Virus record (IMG/VR): IMGVR_UViG_3300049215_000771 | Coordinates: 310,001-374,000 of that record | Strand: one strand, 5' to 3' | DNA length: 64,000 nt | Shown here: one piece after another, positions 56,196 through 64,000 of the stretch | Layout of the letters: each line of letters opens with the position of its first letter | How positions within the stretch are numbered: the first letter of the stretch is position 1 | Notes under the pieces: model-generated | What the model saw: only the letters and a program-made list of their open reading frames with translations | Database searches by the model: none | What the model was told of the DNA's origin: nothing | Translations under genes and position numbers: made by a program

Positions 56196-56999
56196 ATGAG
56201 CAGAATTAGACCAGCTTTCAAGTGTCATGGTGGGAAATACTACCTGTCCGAGTGGATTATCTCACATTTCCCTGAGAACTACAAAGACTACACCTACATC
56301 GAGCCTTACTGCGGTGGGGCCAATATCCTCATCAACAAGGAAAAATCGCCCCTTGAGGCCATTTCCGACACCGATCTCACTGTCATTCAAATCTTTCGGG
56401 CTTTGCGAGACGAGCCGAAGGAATTTGCACGCCGTTTGAACCTGATGAAATACTGTCAGGAAACCTTCGACCGGGCGGTAAAACGTCAAAATGGACCGTT
56501 TGACGATTATCTCGATCAAGCGATCAACGAATATGTCTTGCGGCGCATGTCCCGTGGTGGCTTGCGAAAGGCTTTTGCCTGGAGCAACCGGCTACGAGGA
56601 GGGCAGCCCGGAGATGTAAATGCGTGGAAAACGGCTTTGGCCCAGCTTCCGATCCTGGCCGAGCGTATGAAGGAAGTTTACATTTTCAACAAGCCTGCAC
56701 TGGAGGTTATCAAAACCTTCAACACGAAAAACGTGCTGGTCTATGCTGATCCACCGTACCTACATGACACCCGGCACAGCAAGAATGTTTACGCCAACGA
56801 GATGACCATCGACGATCATATCGAACTGTCCAGGGTTCTCAACACCTTCGCCGGGAAAGTTGTTCTCAGCGGCTACCCATCTCCGTTGTACACCAGGCTT
56901 TATCAGAACTGGAATTGCGAGAAGAAGAAGGTCGCCAACCACTCGTCTCAAGCCAGGGCGAAGGAAGTCAAGACTGAGATGATCTGGAAGAACTTCTGA
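56196..56999 (+). CDS. dam: D12-class N6-adenine DNA methyltransferase (Dam-like)
   Basis: GGK..L, YIEPYCGG, SD, YADPPY, SGY. Confidence 0.92.
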   Translation: MSRIRPAFKCHGGKYYLSEWIISHFPENYKDYTYIEPYCGGANILINKEKSPLEAISDTDLTVIQIFRALRDEPKEFARRLNLMKYCQETFDRAVKRQNGPFDDYLDQAINEYVLRRMSRGGLRKAFAWSNRLRGGQPGDVNAWKTALAQLPILAERMKEVYIFNKPALEVIKTFNTKNVLVYADPPYLHDTRHSKNVYANEMTIDDHIELSRVLNTFAGKVVLSGYPSPLYTRLYQNWNCEKKKVANHSSQARAKEVKTEMIWKNF

Positions 57000-57030
57000 C
57001 AGAAATCCATTCCTAAAGACTACATAGTTC

Positions 57031-57258
57031 ATGCGACTATCCTTCAAGGATTGGCTTCATGAGGCAGATTCTTTCTCGAATACACCAGATGGTGCGGGAG
57101 AGATATGGGATAACAATTCCAACGCCGACCGTGGCTTCGGGCGCTCAGGTGCGAAAAGCAAAAACGTGAGCAAAGGAGTCACACCGGAACGAGCGGATTT
57201 CGACCCGGACGAGCTATACCTTGGCAAACAGCAGAAGAAGGGCTGCAAAAAGAAGTAA
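57031..57258 (+). CDS. Small protein with MRLSFKDWLHE leader
   Basis: TACATAG 3 nt upstream. Confidence 0.7.
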   Translation: MRLSFKDWLHEADSFSNTPDGAGEIWDNNSNADRGFGRSGAKSKNVSKGVTPERADFDPDELYLGKQQKKGCKKK

Positions 57259-57275
57259 GCAGCATAAGGAGATAA

Positions 57276-58160
57276 ATGTCTATTCAACCCAATTACCCAC
57301 TGTTCGACCCGGCATTCAACGCCAGTGTTACGGGTGAAAGCTACGAGAACCCGACGAACACGGTCTACACTCCTCCGGTGCTAGGTACTGGCAACCCCGA
57401 TCCTGTGTATGACCCTGCGTTCGCCGAATATGTAGAAGGAACTCCGTATGAGGACGCTCCCAATGGTCCCGCCATTGTTCCTTACTACAGCCCGGACTAC
57501 AACCAGAAGAAAACAGGTAACGCCTACCAGACGCAGGGTACGGTTTACAATCAGCCGCCAGCCCAGCCTTCGGCACAGCCAACTGGCGTGTACGGACCAG
57601 CGTTTTTCAGTGCCAACTTGCATCAGTCCTACCAGGCAGCAGGCCAGCAGTATAACACTGTAACTGGTCAGTCTACGGGCGACCCGGACCCGGTGTATGG
57701 CCCGGCATTCGCTGCGGCTGCTACGCAGCAGTCGTACCAGCCGGATGGTCAGGTAAACGACAGCCAGGTTGTCAGCCCGGTCATTACCTTCCAGGTCAAT
57801 CTGCTCAATCCGTTGCTTCCAGGTGGAGATTTGCCGCCTAACAGGACCAGCTTGGATGGAAACGAAATTGTTTCGGAAGCGAACAACCAATTGGCTACAA
57901 GGACCGTTTGGTTCCCGGATATGGTCGTCAACAGCGACGGCAGCACTGGTGGTTCACCGGCTGTTGAAGGTATTGGTGGAATTTTCGCCGGACAAAATGG
58001 CAACGGGCAAAACGGCGCAAGCTACAACCACCCGCAGGGCTACCTGCATCACGGTTCGCTATTCACTGTCAAGGGGCAAAGGGCTATGTACTTGAAGAAC
58101 CTCTTCGTGTCGAATCCGCCAGCACCGGCTGATTTACTCATCGTTGTTTCTCAGTCGTAA
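57276..58160 (+). CDS. Putative structural protein with PVY[DG]PAF repeats
   Basis: AAGGAG RBS; PLFDPAF, DPVYDPAF, GVYGPAF, DPVYGPAF. Confidence 0.65.
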   Translation: MSIQPNYPLFDPAFNASVTGESYENPTNTVYTPPVLGTGNPDPVYDPAFAEYVEGTPYEDAPNGPAIVPYYSPDYNQKKTGNAYQTQGTVYNQPPAQPSAQPTGVYGPAFFSANLHQSYQAAGQQYNTVTGQSTGDPDPVYGPAFAAAATQQSYQPDGQVNDSQVVSPVITFQVNLLNPLLPGGDLPPNRTSLDGNEIVSEANNQLATRTVWFPDMVVNSDGSTGGSPAVEGIGGIFAGQNGNGQNGASYNHPQGYLHHGSLFTVKGQRAMYLKNLFVSNPPAPADLLIVVSQS

Positions 58161-58181
58161 CCTCTAGCCAAAGGTGGTGGA

Positions 58182-58544
58182 ATGGCCGTGTCGTTTCAAA
58201 AACTATGGGAAAGCATGGAGTCCGCCCGCAAGGGCGGACACCACCTTGATGACAAGGCGATGGAAGCCATTCGCAACGGTATCAACGTCCGGGAGGATTT
58301 TTGGGAAGACTTTATGTTAGTCATCAACAACTCCGGGGCGATGTCGGTATTGCTCGATGTGCCGGTCACTAAAATCGGCGCTTGGCATCAAAGGGTGAAA
58401 GAAGCACTGGACAAGGTGAAAGCCGCTGACACGGTGCCGGACCCGAAAGACAAAAGCAACCTGATGAAAACAGGAATGCCGAAAGAAGATGACGAAACCG
58501 ATCCGAAGGTTACTGTCCTCAATCAAATGGGTGGAGAAGAATGA
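58182..58544 (+). CDS. Hypothetical protein (MAVSFQKLWE leader)
   Basis: Operon position. Confidence 0.65.
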   Translation: MAVSFQKLWESMESARKGGHHLDDKAMEAIRNGINVREDFWEDFMLVINNSGAMSVLLDVPVTKIGAWHQRVKEALDKVKAADTVPDPKDKSNLMKTGMPKEDDETDPKVTVLNQMGGEE

Positions 58545-58915
58545 AATCGCTATGTGAATGGCGTCTCGCCAACTCCGACCCGGATTGGGAGAAAGTAAAA
58601 AGTACATGGGGTGGTGGAAAGAAGACTCTCGATCCGAATCTCGTCAACAAGATGAGAGTCAAGATCGAAGGAATCAAGGAATGGTTTGTGCGTGAACTTG
58701 GAGAGCCAAAAATCACCAGCTTCCGTGACGTTCCGCCCAACATGCGTGATTCCTTGGCTCAAGCTATCGTGGCGGCAACGATGAAAGTCTTCTACACAGA
58801 AGGTGGGGATGTGCCGGGCATGGCAACCATCGACCAGACAAAAAGTCAACAACCAAATGTTCCAGCCCCGCAACCACAAAATCAAACAAGCGCACCAGCG
58901 GGATGGAAGGGATAA
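58541..58915 (+). CDS. Hypothetical protein (MKSLCEWRL leader)
   Basis: ATGA coupling. Confidence 0.65.
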   Translation: MKSLCEWRLANSDPDWEKVKSTWGGGKKTLDPNLVNKMRVKIEGIKEWFVRELGEPKITSFRDVPPNMRDSLAQAIVAATMKVFYTEGGDVPGMATIDQTKSQQPNVPAPQPQNQTSAPAGWKG

Positions 58916-59295
58916 TGATGAGAAAGTTTCACGAATGGGTTAATCTGCGTCTTCGAGAAGATGGTACTGTTCCAGGCACTCCACAGATGAGTCCTGGCGG
59001 AAATACACCAATGCCTTTGGGACACGCTCACGGCGATCCAAATCCTGGTTCTGGAGGCGCTGGGGCTGCGGGTGGGCCTCCACAAAACAACCAGGGCCAA
59101 AGTGGTAGCGAAGACGAATCCGTACTTACTGGCAATTTGGAACGCCACTTCAATATGCTCATGACCGATCTTAGCAAACTCAACAGAATGAACAAGGCGA
59201 AAGCCGGCGAGATTTTGAATCACATCATGCAGGCCATGTCGCAACTCGGCGTACAAAAAAACGTCGCAACTAACGCCGTTAAACAAAACTTCTAA
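58915..59295 (+). CDS. Hypothetical Gly/Pro-rich protein (MMRKFHEWV leader)
   Basis: TAATG coupling. Confidence 0.65.
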   Translation: MMRKFHEWVNLRLREDGTVPGTPQMSPGGNTPMPLGHAHGDPNPGSGGAGAAGGPPQNNQGQSGSEDESVLTGNLERHFNMLMTDLSKLNRMNKAKAGEILNHIMQAMSQLGVQKNVATNAVKQNF

Positions 59296-59310
59296 CCGTT
59301 CATACAACAA

Positions 59311-59360
59311 ATACCGCCCGTGCATTCTCTACCTATTATGATGCACGGGCGTATTTTTTT
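59311..59360 (+). terminator. Terminator
   Basis: gcccgtgcat-15 nt-atgcacgggc followed by T run. Confidence 0.7.
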
Positions 59361-59369
59361 GGAGCAAGC

Positions 59370-61391
59370 ATGGCAGAAGAAGAAAGAATTGTAAACCGCA
59401 ATACCAGGCAATCCTACCATGACAAAATCAAGGCAGCGTTGGCAAAAAAACCAACTTCCGCTATGATAAACAATCGTGCGATGCCAGTGCAAGAACTGAA
59501 CAAGATAATTACCAACCAAACACCGACCGTCGAGCCGGTGCAACCAGTTCAGCGTCGAGTCATAAGAAATGTAAGAAAGAAAAGGGCTATGGAACGCCGT
59601 CCGGCAACAGCCATAATGCCCTACACAGAAGCGAAAAGTGATCCGGCCCCTATGCCAGAAGCCTATCTCTACAGTGTGCCAGAATGGTTCACACCAAAAA
59701 CGAAACCGAAAATTTCGGTAATCATTCCGTTGTTCAAAAGCAACGCTGTAGTGACCGATCAAATCAAAACGTGGATTCATGAGAAAGACATTGACGTAGA
59801 AATCATCTATGTCGATGACAACTGCCCCACCAACTCCAAAGCCACTGTACTGAAGGCGTGGGAAGATCGTGGCGAGAAGAAACCAGTAGGTAAAATCGTA
59901 GCAAACCGTGAGAATGTGGGCTACGGACGAGCGTGCAACGTCGGGGCACTTCATGCTAGTGGCGATTATCTTATCTTCCTCAACTCAGATACCAAAGTTA
60001 CTGAGGGGTGGATCAAACCTATGCTCGATTTGTTCGACAACCCCAAAGTAGGGATCGTCGGCAACTTGCATCTGAAGGAAGGTGGGCCGCACCACAACAC
60101 TGTGGACAGTGCTGGTTCTGCCTGGAACTGGTCAAGCATGTATTTTGAACACATCGGGCGGCATCATTACAAAGGCGCTCACCTATCCCAACCCTTCGCT
60201 TATCCAAACCTACCAGAAGACCTGCGTGGCGTCAGCGAACGTGAGATGGTAACTGGTTGTTGCTTCATGACTCCCGCCAAAGTGTTCAATGAAGTAGATG
60301 GTTTCGATCCGAGGTATCGAATCGGGTATTGGGAAGATTCGGACTTGTGCATGAAAGTCCGAGAATTAGGTTACAAGATTTTGTTTCAACCAAGGAGCAT
60401 CATATGGCACAAGTTGTCACACTCTGGAGCGGCGGGCCACGCTCACTACCGAGAAAACACAGACTTCTTCCGCAATCGTTGGTACAACAGCGGGAGAGTG
60501 GACAAACTCCTGTTCACGCCAAGGCCAGGCGGTCCTCCCGTGGTCAAAAACATCCTGGTCAAACGAATTGCGGCCAACGGAGATGTGCTGATGGCAACAT
60601 CAATCCTTCCGGCCCTCAAGAAGAAATGGCCTAAAGCAACGATTACTTTCTGGACGGGATGTGAACAAATTTTGTTTGGGCACCCAATGATCGACAAGAT
60701 CGTATCGTTCAATCCCAAGCAACAGTTCGATTACGTCGTCAACCTCGATCTTGCTTACGAGTATCACCCAACCTGGTCCATTCTCAAAAGCTATGCTTTC
60801 GAGGCCGGTGTTCCAGTTGAAGATTGCAAAGCGTACATGGCTACTAAACCATTGCGTTGGCAACTTCCCAAACCCTACATCGTAATGCACGCCAAGCGAG
60901 AAGAAGGATTTGGTTGGGCTGGGCGCAACTGGAAGGGAGATCGCTTCACTGACATCGCCGACCGGCTGCGGAAAGAAGGACACAACATTGTCCTAGTCGG
61001 CGGGCCTGGAGATTGGCAGTTGCCCCACGACCTAGACCTGCGTGGCCGGACAAATCCACAAGAACTTGCAGCAATCATGAAGGATGCCAGCTTCTTTGTC
61101 GGGATGGATTCCATGCCAATGCACATGGCACAAATTTTTGGCGTCCCTGGCGTCGTATTCTTTGGGAGCATATTGCCAAAATACAGGCTAACAGGAAGTA
61201 GGCTTCACCCGATCAATGCAACGCACCTGGACTGTCTTGGGTGTCACCACAAATCCAAACCACCCTCGATAGGAACGAGTTCATGCGCCAGGGGCGATTT
61301 CGCTTGTGAATATGACATCACTGTTGATATGTTCTGGAACAAAATCAAGGAAGTAATGAACGGTAAGAAAACATGGCTACCAGTGGTATGA
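59370..61391 (+). CDS. Fused GT2 + GT9 (heptosyltransferase-like) glycosyltransferase
   Basis: ISVIIP, VDD, N.GY..ACN, FLNSD, EDSDLC (GT2); GDVLMAT..L.ALK, GMDS.PMH.A...GVP.V..FG (GT9). Confidence 0.9.
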   Translation: MAEEERIVNRNTRQSYHDKIKAALAKKPTSAMINNRAMPVQELNKIITNQTPTVEPVQPVQRRVIRNVRKKRAMERRPATAIMPYTEAKSDPAPMPEAYLYSVPEWFTPKTKPKISVIIPLFKSNAVVTDQIKTWIHEKDIDVEIIYVDDNCPTNSKATVLKAWEDRGEKKPVGKIVANRENVGYGRACNVGALHASGDYLIFLNSDTKVTEGWIKPMLDLFDNPKVGIVGNLHLKEGGPHHNTVDSAGSAWNWSSMYFEHIGRHHYKGAHLSQPFAYPNLPEDLRGVSEREMVTGCCFMTPAKVFNEVDGFDPRYRIGYWEDSDLCMKVRELGYKILFQPRSIIWHKLSHSGAAGHAHYRENTDFFRNRWYNSGRVDKLLFTPRPGGPPVVKNILVKRIAANGDVLMATSILPALKKKWPKATITFWTGCEQILFGHPMIDKIVSFNPKQQFDYVVNLDLAYEYHPTWSILKSYAFEAGVPVEDCKAYMATKPLRWQLPKPYIVMHAKREEGFGWAGRNWKGDRFTDIADRLRKEGHNIVLVGGPGDWQLPHDLDLRGRTNPQELAAIMKDASFFVGMDSMPMHMAQIFGVPGVVFFGSILPKYRLTGSRLHPINATHLDCLGCHHKSKPPSIGTSSCARGDFACEYDITVDMFWNKIKEVMNGKKTWLPVV

Positions 61392-61635
61392 TTGTTGCCG
61401 CCGTGACTCCACCACGATGCGGTCAAGTCGGACAATCTCCGTTCCGCTGATGGAGCAGGCATTCACCCCTTCTGGCTCTCAGCACCTACAAACGAAGAAG
61501 CGTTCTTGAAGCACGGCGACAACAATCAAAGCGTTTCAAGAACGCATGGCAAGTTGTTGGGTTTTCATGTGAACTCCTGATTTCAGCCCACCCACCCTAT
61601 ATACGAGTGTCCGATTCAACACAAGGAGGAGAATC

Positions 61636-61887
61636 ATGACGAACTTTTGGAACTGGTTGATGGGCGTTCTTGGACTGGCACCAACAGTGCTGGCCGATGT
61701 CAAGCCAATCGTTGACGACGGCGAGGCTATTGTTGTCGCTCTGGAGAAAGTCATCAGCGACATTAAGACAAGGAACTTCACGTCTGTCGTCGCCGACACG
61801 CAGGCTCTCGCAACCGATGTTCAGACTTTCGCAACCGAAGTTCAGGCTGTAATCACTCAGATTCAGTCTAGCAACACCACCAAGTAA
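61636..61887 (+). CDS. Small amphipathic-helical protein
   Basis: AGGAGG RBS. Confidence 0.6.
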   Translation: MTNFWNWLMGVLGLAPTVLADVKPIVDDGEAIVVALEKVISDIKTRNFTSVVADTQALATDVQTFATEVQAVITQIQSSNTTK

Positions 61888-61898
61888 ATAGCTGCCTT

Positions 61899-62351
61899 AT
61901 GGCTGCAACGAAACGTAAATTAACAGCGTTAGACATTAACGCCATACTGAAGAAACTGGACGATTACCTTGTTTCGCTACAGAAACAGTGGGACGCCCAA
62001 CCACATTCTCCATCTAGTTGGTGGAGACTGAACAGGGTGCGCTTCTCGCAAGGCGTCCAGTTCCTCATCGAATGCTTGGACAAGTTGGTTTTGTTCGTAG
62101 AGGACTTGATCCCGGCTGGTACGGATAAAAAAGCCGCCGTTATCTCGCTCCTGGACAAGTTGTTCGATTACGTTGTTACACCATGTTTACCGATCTGGCT
62201 GAAACCATTCGCCCCGATCATCAAAGACATCGTGATTAACTTCGTGATCTCCAGCATTATCGACTTGATTGTGTCCAAGTACAACAAAGGCATTTGGAAA
62301 AAGGATGTGACATATGCCAAGACGAAGACCTACTACCTCCCACGCAGATAA
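61899..62351 (+). CDS. Hypothetical helical protein (weak holin-like features)
   Basis: GTDKKAAVISLL, hydrophobic C-terminal helix; TAAATAG upstream. Confidence 0.55.
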   Translation: MAATKRKLTALDINAILKKLDDYLVSLQKQWDAQPHSPSSWWRLNRVRFSQGVQFLIECLDKLVLFVEDLIPAGTDKKAAVISLLDKLFDYVVTPCLPIWLKPFAPIIKDIVINFVISSIIDLIVSKYNKGIWKKDVTYAKTKTYYLPRR

Positions 62352-63285
62352 GTTTCATTGCAAACTCCTGCCGTATGTACGGGAAGACCTACTTACGATG
62401 CAGGATGTGCAAAAACAAGTTGGCTGGGAAATTACAGCTTTCAACTTGCCATTGGCCTGGAACTACTCGCAAGGCGAGGGCGTCAAAGTCGCCGTCATCG
62501 ACAGTGGTGCCGACCTAGACCACCATGACCTTGTAGAAAACCTGCTGCCCGGCAAAAACTTTGTCGATCCAACCAAGACCCCGGAGGACGACTGCGGCCA
62601 CGGTACGCACGTCACAGGCATCATCTGCGCTAAAAACACCGAGATGGGTATGGTGGGTGTTGCCCCGAAATGCAAAGTCATTCCGGTGAAGGCTTTGAAC
62701 AACAAGGGAGTCGGGGATTTGCGAAACGTCGCTGAGGCTATTCGCTGGTCAGCAGATCAGGGTGTAGACTTCATCACGATGTCGCTTGGCTCCCCCGCAC
62801 CACTTCAACAAGTACGCAAGGCTTTGCAGTATGCGGTATCGAAAGGTGTTGTGATTTTCTGTGCAGCCGGCAACGCTGGCACGACACGGGAGATTTTCTA
62901 CCCTGCGGCTTACCCGGAAGCAATTGGCGTAGGAGCAATTGACGAAAAATTCGAGCGTGCAAACTTCAGTTGCACAGGCAATGACCTGGACTTCCTGGCC
63001 CCTGGCGTCCGCATCCTGAGTACGGTCCCCGACAACTGGTACGCCGTGATGTCTGGTACAAGCCAGGCGAACCCGTTCCTGGTGGGCGTGGCAGCCCTGC
63101 TACTGTCCTACAAGCGGGCACGCAACCTGGACTTGAAGCTGGACACGAATGATGATTACTGCAATGCTTTGAAACAGTACACGATCCCGTTGGCCGATCC
63201 GCAATTTGCCGGCAACAGATTCTTCCAGGGCTTTGGAATCATTGATCCACGGAAGATGGAGGAGTGGGCGGCGGCGCACCAGTAA
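62314..63285 (+). CDS. S8 subtilase, intracellular serine protease (ISP) type
   Basis: VAVIDSG, GHGTHVTG, AAGN, SGTSQA.P; N-terminal LLPY; no signal peptide or prodomain. Confidence 0.92.
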   Translation: MPRRRPTTSHADKFHCKLLPYVREDLLTMQDVQKQVGWEITAFNLPLAWNYSQGEGVKVAVIDSGADLDHHDLVENLLPGKNFVDPTKTPEDDCGHGTHVTGIICAKNTEMGMVGVAPKCKVIPVKALNNKGVGDLRNVAEAIRWSADQGVDFITMSLGSPAPLQQVRKALQYAVSKGVVIFCAAGNAGTTREIFYPAAYPEAIGVGAIDEKFERANFSCTGNDLDFLAPGVRILSTVPDNWYAVMSGTSQANPFLVGVAALLLSYKRARNLDLKLDTNDDYCNALKQYTIPLADPQFAGNRFFQGFGIIDPRKMEEWAAAHQ

Positions 63286-63907
63286 GCTGGGCTTGAAGCG
63301 ATTCAATCTGCTTCTTCAGTGCCCCTGCTGCCTCGTAGTTTTCAATCTCAATGGCTTTCGCCATTTTCAGCCTGTAAGATTTGATGCGTTCCTCAATGGA
63401 AGCGTTCTGATCCACAGGCTGTTCTGTTTTTGGAACAGGCTTGTTGACTTTGGGCGACTTGCCGACATGCTGCGTGGCCCCTGCGTGGGAATGCTTGGCA
63501 ACTATCTTCAACTCCTCGCTGAAGTGTTCCCAGCACGTTGCGCAGCCAACCTTGCCATTCTCGGCAAGTTTTCTGACAGTCATGCCACATGATGGGCATG
63601 GCGGTTTGCCAGCGTTTCTAAGTTGAGATTTTGGTTGTTGGGGTTGTTGCATCGTTTTAGCCAACATAGCGCCAAGTAATGCGGTCAAGAAACTAGACAA
63701 TAAAGTGGGAGCAGGCGGCGCAGGAGGCGGCTGTGGGACCGCCTCCTGTTTTACCTGTTTCGTTGTTTCTGGAGCCATATCCATATATTTGGCAGAACAA
63801 TCCTTGCACAAATGCAACTCCACGAACGACCCATCTGGCTTCAGTTCTGTGATATGAGTCGTCCTGCGTTTTGGACAGGGCTGACCAGAAAACGGGCAGA
63901 GGTCCAT
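63239..63907 (-). CDS. mcsA: McsA-like protein (CxxC zinc motifs + UVR domain)
   Basis: HLCKDC, CPSCG...GKVGCATCWEHF, H.G...H.GK.P, AIEIENYEAAG.LK. Confidence 0.85.
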   Translation of the reverse strand: MDLCPFSGQPCPKRRTTHITELKPDGSFVELHLCKDCSAKYMDMAPETTKQVKQEAVPQPPPAPPAPTLLSSFLTALLGAMLAKTMQQPQQPKSQLRNAGKPPCPSCGMTVRKLAENGKVGCATCWEHFSEELKIVAKHSHAGATQHVGKSPKVNKPVPKTEQPVDQNASIEERIKSYRLKMAKAIEIENYEAAGALKKQIESLQAQLTGAPPPTPPSSVDQ

Positions 63908-64000
63908 TATTTTTTCCTTTCGATGAGATTGTTCTCATCGTTGAAATCACGGACTTCTTTCAAGTATAGCTCACGTTCCTTCTCAGGAATCTCATCCTTG
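63907..64000 (-). CDS. Partial CDS (3' end) coupled to mcsA-like gene
   Basis: Open frame ...KEVRDFNDENNLIERKK* with TAATG overlap. Confidence 0.5.
   Translation of the reverse strand, partial: KDEIPEKERELYLKEVRDFNDENNLIERKK

Noticed and set aside
1-64000. CRISPR array, tRNA, rRNA or stop-codon recoding
   Set aside because: No spaced repeat array or tRNA cloverleaf seen by eye; core genes are intact in code 11. tRNAscan-SE/Infernal would be needed to exclude ncRNAs fully.

Overview
This window is part of a large lytic T4-like (jumbo) bacteriophage genome read in the standard genetic code. I found no tRNA, rRNA, CRISPR array or integrase. Core genes: DnaG-type primase, RecB-like exonuclease, large terminase (minus strand, 12 kb from the portal) and a T4-order head module: intein-containing portal, large putative core protein, gp21-type prohead protease, gp22-like scaffold and gp23 major capsid protein. 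The accessory load is dense: eight non-morphogenetic peptidases (2x S1, M28, M36/M4-like, M14, 2x papain/C39-like, ISP-type S8), an McsA-like protein, L-lysine 6-transaminase, glutamate dehydrogenase, sirtuin, nucleoside hydrolase, CYTH, a 2H phosphoesterase, ferritin, a Rieske-domain protein, Tmk, a Dam-like methylase, several glycosyltransferases and three free-standing homing-type endonucleases. Most striking observations: (1) two tandem mini-genes (41097-41617) fuse a fragment of the head core protein and a fragment of the major capsid protein, respectively, to one shared C-terminal peptide, YRSIDDPWE, conserved at protein but not codon level; (2) about 15 proteins, several of them enzymes, carry a T4 capsid-targeting-like leader; (3) a nuclease cassette sits between two copies of the 3' end of the capsid gene; (4) a TAnWTAG late-promoter-like motif recurs, twice in the loop of a perfect hairpin. 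All assignments come from motif recognition by eye; no database search was run. A PVC/Planctomycete host is only an inference.
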